In this document: positions 16,624 to 26,321 of the stretch, piece by piece | Numbering within the stretch: position 1 is the stretch's first letter | Layout: the number at the start of each line of letters is the position of its first letter | Assembly (NCBI RefSeq): GCF_000148385.1 | Contig: NC_014537.1 | Span: 60,001-92,000, forward strand | Reading direction: 5' to 3' | Length of the DNA: 32,000 nt | Source of the DNA: Vulcanisaeta distributa DSM 14429 | Lineage (GTDB): Archaea > Thermoproteota > Thermoprotei > Thermoproteales > Thermocladiaceae | Notes under the pieces: generated by a model | What the model saw: only the letters and a program-made list of their open reading frames with translations | What the model was told of the DNA's origin: nothing | Databases searched by the model: none | Made by a program: the position numbers and the translations under genes

Positions 16624-17622
16624 TTGAGTATTAAAAATCTCGTTAATGCGTATGATCAATTAGATCCCTTTGATCTCAGGGTACTTAGGGTTATTGAGAT
16701 CGGTCATAGGAAGTTTGAGTATGTACCGCTCGAGGTCATTGTTGACTGGAGTAAGAGGTCTGAGGAATTAATTGGTAAATCCCTAAAAAAGCTTAATGCG
16801 CTTGGCATGGTAATTAGGTACAGGGGTAATTACACTGGTTATAGACTCACCTTCATGGGTTACGACGCACTAGCACTACACACACTCGCCAAGAGGGGCA
16901 TTATTGAGAAGGTTAGTCCAACACCCATTGGCGTTGGTAAGGAGTCAGACGTATACGCAGGTGATGCCGTCGGTGATGGTAAAGTCGTGCTTAAGTTCCA
17001 TAGGCTTGGCAGGACGAGTTTTAGGCAGATTAGGAGGTTTAGGGCTTGGATTGGGAATAGGAGGCACATAACCTGGCTCTATGAGTCGAGGCTCTCAGCC
17101 CATGCTGAGTATAAGGCGCTGGTCCTTGCATATAATGCCGGGATTAACGTGCCTAGGCCAATAACCGTTAATAGGCACACGGTCGTTATGTCCTACATAA
17201 ACGGCGCACAGTTATCCGAGGTTGGGGACGTGGATGATCCTGAGGACCTATACTGGGGCATTATTGAGGATGTTAAGAGGCTGTTTGCCGATGTTGGCGT
17301 TGTTCATGGGGACTTAAGTGAATTCAATATTATGATTGATTTGGACAGTGGTGAGCCATACATCATTGATTGGCCCCAGTGGGTACCTAGGAATGCGCCT
17401 GGGGCATTGGATATGTTGCGTAGGGATATCACAAACGTGACCAGGTACTTCATGAAGAGGTTCAGGCTTGATTTTGATGTTGATGAGGTTTATAATTACG
17501 TGATTGGTAATGTGGAGGTTAAGGAGGAGAGTCTTGAGGAGGCCCTTGAGGAGTTACTCGGTAGTGAGGGAGTTAATGAGCTCATGGGTTCGGAGAAGGA
17601 AGAGGAGTTTGAGGATACGTAA
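16624..17622 (+). CDS. rio2: RIO-type serine protein kinase Rio2 (N-terminal winged helix)
   Basis: 332 aa with TTG start (in-frame TAA directly upstream). wHTH region, then GVGKESDVY, the LKFHRLGRTSFR flexible loop, VHGDLSEFNIM and IIDWPQ, and an acidic tail. Confidence 0.9.
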   Translation: MSIKNLVNAYDQLDPFDLRVLRVIEIGHRKFEYVPLEVIVDWSKRSEELIGKSLKKLNALGMVIRYRGNYTGYRLTFMGYDALALHTLAKRGIIEKVSPTPIGVGKESDVYAGDAVGDGKVVLKFHRLGRTSFRQIRRFRAWIGNRRHITWLYESRLSAHAEYKALVLAYNAGINVPRPITVNRHTVVMSYINGAQLSEVGDVDDPEDLYWGIIEDVKRLFADVGVVHGDLSEFNIMIDLDSGEPYIIDWPQWVPRNAPGALDMLRRDITNVTRYFMKRFRLDFDVDEVYNYVIGNVEVKEESLEEALEELLGSEGVNELMGSEKEEEFEDT

Positions 17623-17676
17623 TATGCCGCAAATAAACAAATTTAAGTAAGGTTGATAATAATACTTGCCTAAGTA

Positions 17677-19635
17677 ATGCTTATTGAGGAGTTGAGTTCG
17701 GGGCCTATAATTGGGATTGACATCAATGGCAGGAAATTCTCATACGCAATACTTAGTAATGGAGAAATAATTGAGAAGGGGATTATCGACCCTCAGGACT
17801 TAATAAAGATGGTTAAGAAGGTTAGACCTAAGGCCATAGCTATCGACAATATTGGCGAGTTAATGGAGTTGAGTCCCTCAATCATTAAGAGGCTTGGTAG
17901 ACTCCCATTCAACGTCTATTTAATCCAGGTAACGAAGGTTAGGCCTGACGCTGACGAGGCGATGGAGCTACTCGTTAATAAGTATTTTGGACTTAATGTG
18001 GTTAAGCTTGACCCAGACTCAACTGCTGAGTATCTCGCGAGGCTGTGCGCGATGGGTGTTGGGTCCATAGTTAAGGTTTATGAGCCTGAGACGAAGATCG
18101 TGGTAAAGGCCGCGATATCTACTACGCCAGGTGGCATGAGTAGGAATAGGTTTGAGAGGAATGTTGCTCATAGGATTAGGTACCTGGCTAAGGAGATTAA
18201 GGAGAGGTTGGAGAGCAGTGGCCTTGATTATGACATGTTCATAACGCCGGAGAGTGAGGGTTTGAGGTCCGTAGTGTTCATTGTATATGCTGATAGGAGT
18301 GTTGTTAGGTCTGTGGTTAAGCCACGTAAGAGTATGGATGTTAAGGTGATAGTTGAGTCGGTACCAACGGACTCAATAAAGTTTGTTGGATTAACGGAGC
18401 AGGAGGGTGCCGAGAGTGTAAGTACTGCTAAGGATAGGAAGTTAATTGTCGGTATTGATCCAGGCATAGTCACTGGTGTTGCCGTTCTTGACCTAAACGG
18501 TAACGTGTTAACGCTACAAAGTGGTAAGAACCTGAGTAGGAGACATGTGCTTAGGATTGTGTATCAATACGGTACGCCGGTCCTAATAGCCGTGGATACC
18601 GCCAAGCCCTCAGACTACGCTAAGAAGTTAGCCGCAATGGTGGGTGCCGTGATTTATTACCCAGATAGGGACTTGAGCATTGCTGAGAAGAGTGAGATTG
18701 CCATTAAGATTTCCCGTGAGCAGGGGATCGCCGTTAAGGACCCACACATGAGGGATGCCCTGGCGGCGGCCTACAAAGCATTCATTCAGTTAAAGCCCAA
18801 GCTCGATAGGGTTGAGGAGGAGGTTAGGAGGGCCTATGCTAGGGCTGTTGATGATGCAAAGGCATTGGTTATTAAGGGCGCATCGATAAAGCAGGCAATT
18901 GATGAGGTAAGTAAGAGGATTGAGGTTCAACCACAGCAAGAGGTCAGGTTATTGACTACTGAAAAGTGCGAATGTGAATGCGATAAGTTACGCGAGGAGT
19001 ATGAAAATACGATAAGGACTTTAAATGCCGAGATTGAGAGATTGAATAAGCTATACAGTGAGACTAAGGAGAGGCTTGAGGAGTTGATTAATAATTTCGA
19101 TATTGAGGTTAGGAAGGACCAGGTTGTTAGGTCGCTATATGCCAGGATAGACATGCTTGAGGGTGATATTGAGAAGTATAAACTTAGGGTTAAGGAGCTT
19201 GAGAATAACATGAGAAACTTAATGAGCGACTTCCTCGAGTACTTAAGAGGTAATAAGTACGTGTTGATAAGGTATTCCGAGGGGCTTGACCTCAACCTAA
19301 TGGTTCAGGTACATAATTCTATCCTTATCATGAGTATTGGTGAGTTGATGAATGTAGGTATTGATAAGTTGATTAGCATTGGCATAAATTCCGTGGTTCT
19401 CATTGATGTTAATGATAAGAATGTGCTAAGGCCAATATGGAAGAGGGGTTTGAGGGTTATACCCATTGGCATGATTTATAATGGTCCGCTAAACGATGTT
19501 TTATTCATTGATAGGTCGGTAATAAATAATGCCATTGAATCCCTTGGTAAGGAGTTCCTTAGCGCCCTTGATGAGGATCAATTAAGGAAAATGATTAATG
19601 AGTATAGGCGTTTGAGGAGCGGTATGTTAGAATAA
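17677..19635 (+). CDS. COG2433/DUF460-type protein: two RNase-H-fold (RuvC/YqgF-like) modules plus a long coiled coil
   Basis: 652 aa. IIGIDINGRKF…AIAIDN at the N-terminus, and a second module IVGIDPGIVTGVAVLDLNG…LIAVDT. A central heptad-rich segment includes EKCECECD. Family name recalled from memory. Confidence 0.65.
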   Translation: MLIEELSSGPIIGIDINGRKFSYAILSNGEIIEKGIIDPQDLIKMVKKVRPKAIAIDNIGELMELSPSIIKRLGRLPFNVYLIQVTKVRPDADEAMELLVNKYFGLNVVKLDPDSTAEYLARLCAMGVGSIVKVYEPETKIVVKAAISTTPGGMSRNRFERNVAHRIRYLAKEIKERLESSGLDYDMFITPESEGLRSVVFIVYADRSVVRSVVKPRKSMDVKVIVESVPTDSIKFVGLTEQEGAESVSTAKDRKLIVGIDPGIVTGVAVLDLNGNVLTLQSGKNLSRRHVLRIVYQYGTPVLIAVDTAKPSDYAKKLAAMVGAVIYYPDRDLSIAEKSEIAIKISREQGIAVKDPHMRDALAAAYKAFIQLKPKLDRVEEEVRRAYARAVDDAKALVIKGASIKQAIDEVSKRIEVQPQQEVRLLTTEKCECECDKLREEYENTIRTLNAEIERLNKLYSETKERLEELINNFDIEVRKDQVVRSLYARIDMLEGDIEKYKLRVKELENNMRNLMSDFLEYLRGNKYVLIRYSEGLDLNLMVQVHNSILIMSIGELMNVGIDKLISIGINSVVLIDVNDKNVLRPIWKRGLRVIPIGMIYNGPLNDVLFIDRSVINNAIESLGKEFLSALDEDQLRKMINEYRRLRSGMLE

Positions 19636-20865
19636 CGATACCTTGCTCTTAATGACGAGCTCGGTCAGCGATGTTATGTTATCGAGCTCCTCATTAACTA
19701 TGCCATCAATCTCATTCCTAATCTCGCCACTTAATGTGACGCCAGGCTCTGGGAGAACCTCAACATTGGCAACCAGCGGCTCATTAATTGGCTTACCAAT
19801 TTGGCTTAGTAGGTAGACGTAGACTTCTTTCAATCCCTTAACCTCACCGTAGATCCTCTCCGCAATCCTGTTGGCGAGTACGTTATAGAGCTTACCAATA
19901 TGACTAACTGGGTTCTTACCTGCCGTAGCCTCCATCGTCATTGGCCTCATGGGCGTTATTAAACCATTGGCTCTATTACCACGTCCTGTGGCTCCATCAT
20001 CACCATGCTCCGCCGATGTACCTGTAACCGTTAGGTAGAATATGCCGTGCTCAGGCTTGTCCGCGGCATTCACGGTCACGTCAACCGTTAGGTTTGGCGT
20101 AATCTTGGCGGCTAGGTCAAGCACCTTATTCTTAACCTCCTCCTTAACATTCAGGTAATGGTCCTTATCCTTAACAAGCGATGATATTATTGCTGAGGCT
20201 ATCGTTAACTTAACATCCTTACCAATCCTCAACCCCATTACCTTAACATCCTCACCAACCTCAGGGAGCTTAGCCTTAAACTCCCTGGAGTTGAGTAACC
20301 TCTCCGTCTCAAGCACGAGTCTCTCAGTGTCCGTTAATGGTGCAAAGCCAACGCCAATCGAGGTGTCGTTAGCCAATGGAACCTTTATCGCCTTAACACC
20401 GAGTTCATAAACACCGACTAAATCCGTTGAGCCCATGCCAACCCTATAATCAATAACCACGTGCCTATCAGGATCGAGGAACCTGAAATTACTCCTTATC
20501 CAATCCTTGATTGCAGATATTATTATAGTACCAATGGGCACCTTCTCAACACCCGTGGCCGTCTTAACCTCGGTGGTCACCCTACCCGCAACGAGTATGT
20601 ATATTGGTTGGATAATGTCGCCACCGCCGAACCGTGGATTGGCTTGACCGCCAACAACGAGAACCTTATCCACGTTATGATGTAGTATCACACCATACTT
20701 CTCTAAGTAATAATTGGATAAGGCCTTACTAACGGCCTCGGCCGATGCATCAGCAATGTAGTCCGGGTGTCCAAGGCCCTTCCTCTCAACTAATTCAACA
20801 TTTAGCTCTGAAACGGGTTTCCTATCTATTGTATTTATTGTTATTGTCCTCGCCATGCCCATCAC
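19627..20865 (-). CDS. mat: Archaeal-type S-adenosylmethionine synthetase
   Basis: [14 protein letters not shown] plus the overall archaeal MAT layout. Start ambiguous: GTG 20865, ATG 20862 or ATG 20856. The start region overlaps the Sm gene stop. Confidence 0.9.
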   Translation of the reverse strand: MMGMARTITINTIDRKPVSELNVELVERKGLGHPDYIADASAEAVSKALSNYYLEKYGVILHHNVDKVLVVGGQANPRFGGGDIIQPIYILVAGRVTTEVKTATGVEKVPIGTIIISAIKDWIRSNFRFLDPDRHVVIDYRVGMGSTDLVGVYELGVKAIKVPLANDTSIGVGFAPLTDTERLVLETERLLNSREFKAKLPEVGEDVKVMGLRIGKDVKLTIASAIISSLVKDKDHYLNVKEEVKNKVLDLAAKITPNLTVDVTVNAADKPEHGIFYLTVTGTSAEHGDDGATGRGNRANGLITPMRPMTMEATAGKNPVSHIGKLYNVLANRIAERIYGEVKGLKEVYVYLLSQIGKPINEPLVANVEVLPEPGVTLSGEIRNEIDGIVNEELDNITSLTELVIKSKVSLF

Positions 20866-21107
20866 CCCACCGCCTCCTCAGACGTTATATATAGTATCTG
20901 CGTACCCCTAATTACTAACCTGCCATATTTAACGACCACATTCTCGCCCTTCTGATCGAGTTCCTCGCCTTCATCAATTATTAGGTTCATGCAATCATCG
21001 TAGTTCACGAGAATACCCCTCAATACCTTGTTATTCTTAAGTCTTATTGTTACATGCTTACCAACAAGTTTCTGCAACGTTTTCATTGGTTGTTGGGGCC
21101 TTTCCAT
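20862..21107 (-). CDS. Sm-like (LSm) archaeal RNA-binding protein
   Basis: 81 aa. Sm1 motif VTIRLKNNKVLRGILVNYDDCMNLIIDE and Sm2 motif RLVIRGTQILYI. TATA at 21129-21139. Confidence 0.85.
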   Translation of the reverse strand: MERPQQPMKTLQKLVGKHVTIRLKNNKVLRGILVNYDDCMNLIIDEGEELDQKGENVVVKYGRLVIRGTQILYITSEEAVG

Positions 21108-21128
21108 TAATGACGTGTCGAGAAAACC

Positions 21129-21139
21129 TATATTTAAAT
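21129..21139 (-). promoter_or_regulatory. TATA box (minus-strand atttaaatata) for the Sm/MAT unit
   Basis: Lies 22-32 nt upstream of ATG 21107. Confidence 0.45.
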
Positions 21140-21203
21140 CTTAGCACCCTCTAAGAGTGTTAAAAGTAACATTATCAGGGCTATGTATATTATATACTAG
21201 GTG

Positions 21204-21410
21204 TTACTCACTTTCAATTTTAGAATACTCAAGGACCCTATCAATAAGCTCGATATGCGCTAATAAGGTTCTTCTGCAGCAATAGCGTGTGACGCCTAAG
21301 TCATTAAGAACCTTCTCAGGATTCTCACCATTTAAGACCCTCTGCTTAAATGGTTCCCATAAGTGACCGAGTGGCCTTCCACAGGTCCAGCACCTAATGG
21401 GTACAATCAT
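21204..21410 (-). CDS. rpoN: DNA-directed RNA polymerase subunit N (Rpo10/RpoN)
   Basis: 68 aa. [15 protein letters not shown]…YCCRR zinc-binding signature. Confidence 0.9.
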   Translation of the reverse strand: MIVPIRCWTCGRPLGHLWEPFKQRVLNGENPEKVLNDLGVTRYCCRRTLLAHIELIDRVLEYSKIESE

Positions 21411-21477
21411 TAAGTACGCAGTAATGAGCCCCCCTTTAAATTATTTTTGTGGCGGATTTAGGAATAATTATGATGGG

Positions 21478-21954
21478 TTACCTATATGCCTTCTGACGCT
21501 TACTCCTGGCATGCTTTAGACCAGGCTTCTTGGGCTCCGTCCTCCTTGGATCTCCCTTAATCATTGATGGATCATAGGTCATGTAAAGCTCAAGCAACTT
21601 TAGGTTTTGGAAGTACTCAACTAAGCCCCTGGCAATTGCCATCCTAACGGCTGTCGCCTGTCCCATGAAACCACCACCCCTAACCGTGACTTCAATATCT
21701 ACCTTACTCGTCAACTCCTTACCGGCGAGTAGGAGTGGCTCCATCATCCTCATCCTAGCCATTTCAATAGGCCAAATCTCAATTGGAACACCATTAACCT
21801 TAACCCTACCGATCCCCGGCCTAATTACTGCCTTGGCAATAGCCGTCTTCTTCTTACCAACAGCAATAACCACCCTGGCCCCGGCTACCTCCTGGGTAAT
21901 GGTATTGGGTACGGACCTAGGTAACGCCGTTGATTCACTACCCTGCCCGCTCAT
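21478..21954 (-). CDS. rps9: 30S ribosomal protein uS9
   Basis: 158 aa. GKKKTAIAKA…GGGFMGQA…, with the C-terminus KRQKAYR typical of S9. Confidence 0.9.
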   Translation of the reverse strand: MSGQGSESTALPRSVPNTITQEVAGARVVIAVGKKKTAIAKAVIRPGIGRVKVNGVPIEIWPIEMARMRMMEPLLLAGKELTSKVDIEVTVRGGGFMGQATAVRMAIARGLVEYFQNLKLLELYMTYDPSMIKGDPRRTEPKKPGLKHARSKRQKAYR

Positions 21955-22526
21955 GCATTACCACCCTTACTCTCAGCCTTTTTAAGCTTCGCCATTCTAG
22001 TCTCCCAAGCCTCCTTAGCCTTCCTCCAGGCCTCATACTGTTTAGGCTCTATGTGGCTCCACAACTCCTCAAGCGTCACATACTTAGCGCCGGGCCTAAC
22101 CGACAGTAATGCGCCCTTAATTACCACCTTATCCACACTCATGTACTGCGGTGGAACACCCATGAAGACCCTAATCCTCTTATACGCCTGCCTACCCCTG
22201 GGCTCCTTCCTAGGTAACATGCCCCTAATAACCCTCCTCAATATCCTATCAGGCTTCCTCGGTATCTTCGGCCCAGCCTTCTCAGGGTTATAATGCGTTA
22301 ACCACTCGCTTATCCTCGTCTTATACCAATTAAGCACCATGTTAAAGTCCCCAGTAATGACCGCCTTCTCAGCATTAACAATGACAACCCTCCTACCCTC
22401 AAGCGCCCACTTAGCCACTATGGAGGCGAGCCTACCAACGACATGATTCGTGGCGTCAACAACAACCTCATTCAGTTCGGGTGGGTTTCTCTCGACCACG
22501 ATAACCCTGCTACTCATGGTAACCAC
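21951..22526 (-). CDS. rpl13: 50S ribosomal protein uL13
   Basis: 191 aa. VVDATNHVVGRLASIVAK…VVIVNAEKAVITG signature. 4-nt overlap with rps9. Confidence 0.9.
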   Translation of the reverse strand: MVTMSSRVIVVERNPPELNEVVVDATNHVVGRLASIVAKWALEGRRVVIVNAEKAVITGDFNMVLNWYKTRISEWLTHYNPEKAGPKIPRKPDRILRRVIRGMLPRKEPRGRQAYKRIRVFMGVPPQYMSVDKVVIKGALLSVRPGAKYVTLEELWSHIEPKQYEAWRKAKEAWETRMAKLKKAESKGGNA

Positions 22527-22527
22527 C

Positions 22528-22947
22528 CTAGATTATTATCTTAACGTTACTGCCCTTATTATTCCTCCTAACGAGTTCGGGTATTGTGATCGCCTCAGCA
22601 CCAGCCTTCTTAATGGCATCAAGGGCGCCCCTGGAGAAAGACCAGGCGGCTATGGTAACCCTCTTACTCAGTACGCCATAACCAAGCACCTTGCCCGGCA
22701 CTACGACTACGTCGCCGTCATTGACAAGCCTATTTATCTTGCCGACATTAACCTCAACCCTACGCCTAGTGGGTTTCTCAAGTAGGTCAGCCACGTAATC
22801 CCAAATCGCCGCCTTATACTCATTAGCCGCACGCCTAAGGAATCTAATCAGCATACGAAGCTCCACGTTGGTGGGACCCGTTGGATTTGGCGGCATGCGT
22901 GTTAACGCCAACGCAACCCTTTTTAAATAATTCGCAGCCGTAAACAC
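22528..22947 (-). CDS. rpl18e: 50S ribosomal protein eL18 (L18e)
   Basis: GPTNVELRMLIRFL…VVVPGKVLGYG…AAWSFS pattern. The longest ORF starts at GTG 22947. ATG 22896 (MPPNPTGPTN…) is a plausible true start. Confidence 0.85.
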   Translation of the reverse strand: MFTAANYLKRVALALTRMPPNPTGPTNVELRMLIRFLRRAANEYKAAIWDYVADLLEKPTRRRVEVNVGKINRLVNDGDVVVVPGKVLGYGVLSKRVTIAAWSFSRGALDAIKKAGAEAITIPELVRRNNKGSNVKIII

Positions 22948-22954
22948 TAATTAC

Positions 22955-23863
22955 CTACTCCTCGGTTGGCCCTTCCTCAGTGTTAAACTCCTCACCAGTC
23001 ACCTGAGTTGACTCCTCAGTAGTCTCACCAGCAACTAACTCGCCGCTTGGTGCAGGTCCCCTTGACAATTCAAGTTCAAGTTCATTAACGAATTCCTGGA
23101 ACTTACCCTTGAGAATCCTAAAGCCCTCCCTAACCATGTCCTCAACGGGCATGTTTCCAAAGCTCTCAACCCAAAACACGTACTTATTCTCATCCCAATC
23201 AACCTTTAACGCCGGGCATAGTTGCTCACAGGTCTTCCACTTATTAAAGGTGCACTTAAGTACGTCATTAATGATTATCGAGCCATCCTCCTTAATCTCG
23301 AGGGCGCCATTACAAACCTCAAGGCAAACCCTACACTTATCATCGGCCTTACCAACAACACTAACCTTTGGGTAGTAGTAATACGATGCTAAGCCCGCCT
23401 GCCACTTGGCGTGGTTCCTAGCCCTACCAAGCTTTGCATAGGCCTCAAGCACAATCTTCTGGCCAGGTACTAACTTAACGATTGGTATATCCTCATACAC
23501 AGGCCTAACCTCAGGGTCATCCGACTTCAAATCCCTGCTATAGACGATCATTGGCTCTTTAGCCTCAACATTAAGCTCAAACCTAACCTGGCATAGGCTT
23601 GGATCGACCAATTCCTGCTCGCACTCCTCAATCTTGGGTAGCTTCCTTAGGTCCGTCTTTATTGGCATCATGGAGAGCCTGTGGGCGAGTACTTCGTCGT
23701 AAAGCACGGACGTGTTATCGAGTATTATTACCTCGTCAATTGCCAGGACCGGTACGTCGGAGATGAGGACTCTACGTAATGAATTAATAACTGGTGGGGT
23801 GACTCCATCCACAACAGCCTTTAGGTATAGGTTTGACTTCTCAATAACCTTTACCAAGACCAC
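22955..23863 (-). CDS. rpoD: DNA-directed RNA polymerase subunit D (Rpo3/RpoD) with Fe-S-type Cys domain
   Basis: 302 aa. N-terminal LRRVLISDVPVLAIDEV. The insert domain has six Cys (CRVCLEVC … C…CEQLCP). An acidic tail of ~35 aa follows. GTG start, with TATA at 23888-23895. Confidence 0.9.
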   Translation of the reverse strand: MVLVKVIEKSNLYLKAVVDGVTPPVINSLRRVLISDVPVLAIDEVIILDNTSVLYDEVLAHRLSMMPIKTDLRKLPKIEECEQELVDPSLCQVRFELNVEAKEPMIVYSRDLKSDDPEVRPVYEDIPIVKLVPGQKIVLEAYAKLGRARNHAKWQAGLASYYYYPKVSVVGKADDKCRVCLEVCNGALEIKEDGSIIINDVLKCTFNKWKTCEQLCPALKVDWDENKYVFWVESFGNMPVEDMVREGFRILKGKFQEFVNELELELSRGPAPSGELVAGETTEESTQVTGEEFNTEEGPTEE

Positions 23864-23887
23864 GAGGTGAGTGGTTGTGAGTTTGAG

Positions 23888-23895
23888 TAAATAAA
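23888..23895 (-). promoter_or_regulatory. TATA box (minus-strand tttattta) for the rpoD operon
   Basis: Lies 25-32 nt upstream of GTG 23863. Confidence 0.45.
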
Positions 23896-23915
23896 CATTT
23901 CTTGTCTCTATCCCA

Positions 23916-25445
23916 TTAGGCCCTTCCTCGCCTAACCGCCATGGCTATGCCAGTACCAATGAGGACTATTAACAGGTTAATGGCCAGCGCTATGATGGCT
24001 ATATACATTAGGTGCCCGGCTATTGGGTATAATGGTGACATTGTTGATGGCTTATGGGGAGTTACAAATAGGTAAACGCCAAGCCCCAAGCCAACGGCCC
24101 ACCCAACCATTAATGAGTATTTATCAAGCCTATCAGTTACTAGGCCGAGGAACACTGACGGAAGCGTCTGCGTAATTATTATACCGCCCAGCAGCTGAAG
24201 CCAGATGGCGTACGTCGCAGGTACAATAAATACGAAGCCAAGCGCGAGGAATTTGAAGATAACGGATGCCCACTTAGCGGCCCTAGTCTCGCCCTGGGGC
24301 GTTATCCTTGGGTATAACGGCTTAATTATGTTCCTAACCAACAGGTTTGCCTGGGCCATAGCCATTATTGCGGCGGGTACAAGGCCACCAACAAATACGC
24401 CTAACAGTGCCAGGGCGGCTAACCACTCGGGTAACGTGGTTACAGCCAATGTTGGTATTACCAATATGCCCCTGCTAGATGGTGGAAATAGGCTTAGTAT
24501 CTTCATGGCCTCCGGGCTTCCATATATTAATATGCCATACATCGCAAGTAGCGCCAGTGCAATGCCATATATTGGGAGGAGTGCCGTGCTCATTGCAAGC
24601 TTCTTATCACTTTCGGCGCTCAGGGCGCCATTGACCGAGTGCGGGTATAGGTATAGGGCCAGGCTACTGCCAACCCAGAGGGTCGTGTATGTTATGAAGA
24701 ATGGGTCCTTCAACGTGGAGACGCCCGTTGGTAATGCCTTGAGAGTTGCGGCATTAAATGCCGATGCAAAGCCACCAGGTATTGCGAATGGAGCCGCCAC
24801 AAGTATTGCTATGACACCTAAGAATACCAGTGCGTCCTTAAAGACTGCCGTTAATGTGGCGCCCCTAAGCCCGCTGGTGTAGGTGAATGCGGCCAGTATT
24901 ATGAAGGATATCGTCAATGCGACATCACTGACGAACTTAACGTTCTTAACAATGCCGAGGAGCATTATTGTCAATACGGCTTGCATACCAACTATCTGCA
25001 ATGCGATGTATGGGAACTCAGCGACTATTCCCGTGGCGGCGATGAAACCAGCAAGTAATTTGCTATTGAATCTCTCATGAACAAAATCGGCAGCTGTGAC
25101 GTAACCCTTTAACCTACTCCATCTCCAGAGTGCCGGCATTGTGACTGCGGCTAATGCAAATACGGTGGCTACGTATGGGACCGCATAGAAGTAAAGGGCG
25201 CCGCTGGCAAATACTCCAGAGGGTACTGCGACGAACGTATAAGCCGTGTATAGGTCAGCGCCAACTAGGAACCATGCGAGGAATGTGCCCAATCTACGGC
25301 CTGCCAATGCCCATTCGTGTAATTGGCTAAGGTCGCCCCTACGCCACCTGGCGCCGTAGAAGCCTAGGAATACGAATATCACGAAGAACCCAAGGAATAA
25401 GCCCCAACCTAATGGACCAACTAGTGGGCTCGCCATAACCATCAC
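23916..25445 (-). CDS. Sodium:solute symporter family (SSS) transporter
   Basis: 509 aa, ~13 TMS. The GTG start overlaps the stop of the small upstream membrane ORF (GTGA). Confidence 0.75.
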   Translation of the reverse strand: MMVMASPLVGPLGWGLFLGFFVIFVFLGFYGARWRRGDLSQLHEWALAGRRLGTFLAWFLVGADLYTAYTFVAVPSGVFASGALYFYAVPYVATVFALAAVTMPALWRWSRLKGYVTAADFVHERFNSKLLAGFIAATGIVAEFPYIALQIVGMQAVLTIMLLGIVKNVKFVSDVALTISFIILAAFTYTSGLRGATLTAVFKDALVFLGVIAILVAAPFAIPGGFASAFNAATLKALPTGVSTLKDPFFITYTTLWVGSSLALYLYPHSVNGALSAESDKKLAMSTALLPIYGIALALLAMYGILIYGSPEAMKILSLFPPSSRGILVIPTLAVTTLPEWLAALALLGVFVGGLVPAAIMAMAQANLLVRNIIKPLYPRITPQGETRAAKWASVIFKFLALGFVFIVPATYAIWLQLLGGIIITQTLPSVFLGLVTDRLDKYSLMVGWAVGLGLGVYLFVTPHKPSTMSPLYPIAGHLMYIAIIALAINLLIVLIGTGIAMAVRRGRA

Positions 25446-25666
25446 CTCTTACTCGGATAGAGTAGGAGTACTGCTATTATGTAAAGTATTGACGATATTA
25501 CTAACCATAATGTTTGAAACCAGTAGAAGAATGGAACGCCACCAAGTACTGGTTGCACCGTATTGTATATTGGCAATAACGTATATAGTATCCATGGTAT
25601 TATAAATAATACACCGGCAAGTGCTTTACGCCAAGTCGAAACTCTTTTACCTACTTCCGACGTCAT
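25442..25666 (-). CDS. Small two-TM membrane protein, DUF3311-like accessory subunit of the SSS transporter
   Basis: 74 aa. PFFYWFQTLW motif and genetic coupling to an SSS gene, the arrangement recalled for DUF3311/SSS pairs. Confidence 0.6.
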   Translation of the reverse strand: MTSEVGKRVSTWRKALAGVLFIIPWILYTLLPIYNTVQPVLGGVPFFYWFQTLWLVISSILYIIAVLLLYPSKR

Positions 25667-25748
25667 ATGATCAATAATTGATATTACTGATTTTTAAGCA
25701 ATACCCAAGAGAGAAGCTTAATTTAAGCGTTATAATTTGGTAACTGCT

Positions 25749-26321
25749 ATGGGTGTTAAAATATTACATATATCTGATGTTCATGGTAATAGGTATTATA
25801 TAGGTTCAATAGGTGGCGTTATAAAGGATGTCGATGTAGTAGTCGTGAGTGGTGACTTTGAGGATCCCGAAATATTAGATGTATTAAGTAATTATAGCAG
25901 GCCCGTGTATGCAGTCATGGGTAATATGGATCCCTACGGCATTAGGTCAAGGGTTCAAAAATACCTAGTTGAGGGGCGTATAATACCCATTGGGTTATTT
26001 TACTTAGCTGGTTACCCAATCAATATGGAGGAGGTTAAGGATCTCGGCCCTAGGTTAATACTTATATCTCATTATCCGCCCTACGGTACGAACGTGGATA
26101 AAGCGTGGAATGGCTCACACATTGGTAGCAAGTCTGTAAGAAGGTTCGTTGAGAACGTTAGACCATTGGTGGTTTTATGCGGTCATGTTCATGAATCCCG
26201 TGGTGTGGATAGATTGGGTAATACTGTCATTGTTAATCCAGGCCCATTAATTAACGGGTACTACGCACTTGTGAATATTAACGATGATGGTACGGTTAAT
26301 GCCGAGCTTAGTAAATTATGA
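25749..26321 (+). CDS. Calcineurin-like metallophosphoesterase (YfcE/MJ0936-like)
   Basis: Motifs ISDVHGN, SGDFED, GNMD and GHVHE. The longest ORF starts at TTG 25737. ATG 25749 lies 22 nt after cttaatttaag (25717-25727). Confidence 0.8.
   Translation: MGVKILHISDVHGNRYYIGSIGGVIKDVDVVVVSGDFEDPEILDVLSNYSRPVYAVMGNMDPYGIRSRVQKYLVEGRIIPIGLFYLAGYPINMEEVKDLGPRLILISHYPPYGTNVDKAWNGSHIGSKSVRRFVENVRPLVVLCGHVHESRGVDRLGNTVIVNPGPLINGYYALVNINDDGTVNAELSKL

Noticed and set aside
24205-24882. 225-aa plus-strand ORF (and 24883-25080) opposite the SSS transporter gene
   Set aside because: It is an antisense shadow of a strongly supported membrane-protein gene. The low-complexity A/N/S/P-rich translation has no motifs, and no promoter-like element precedes it.
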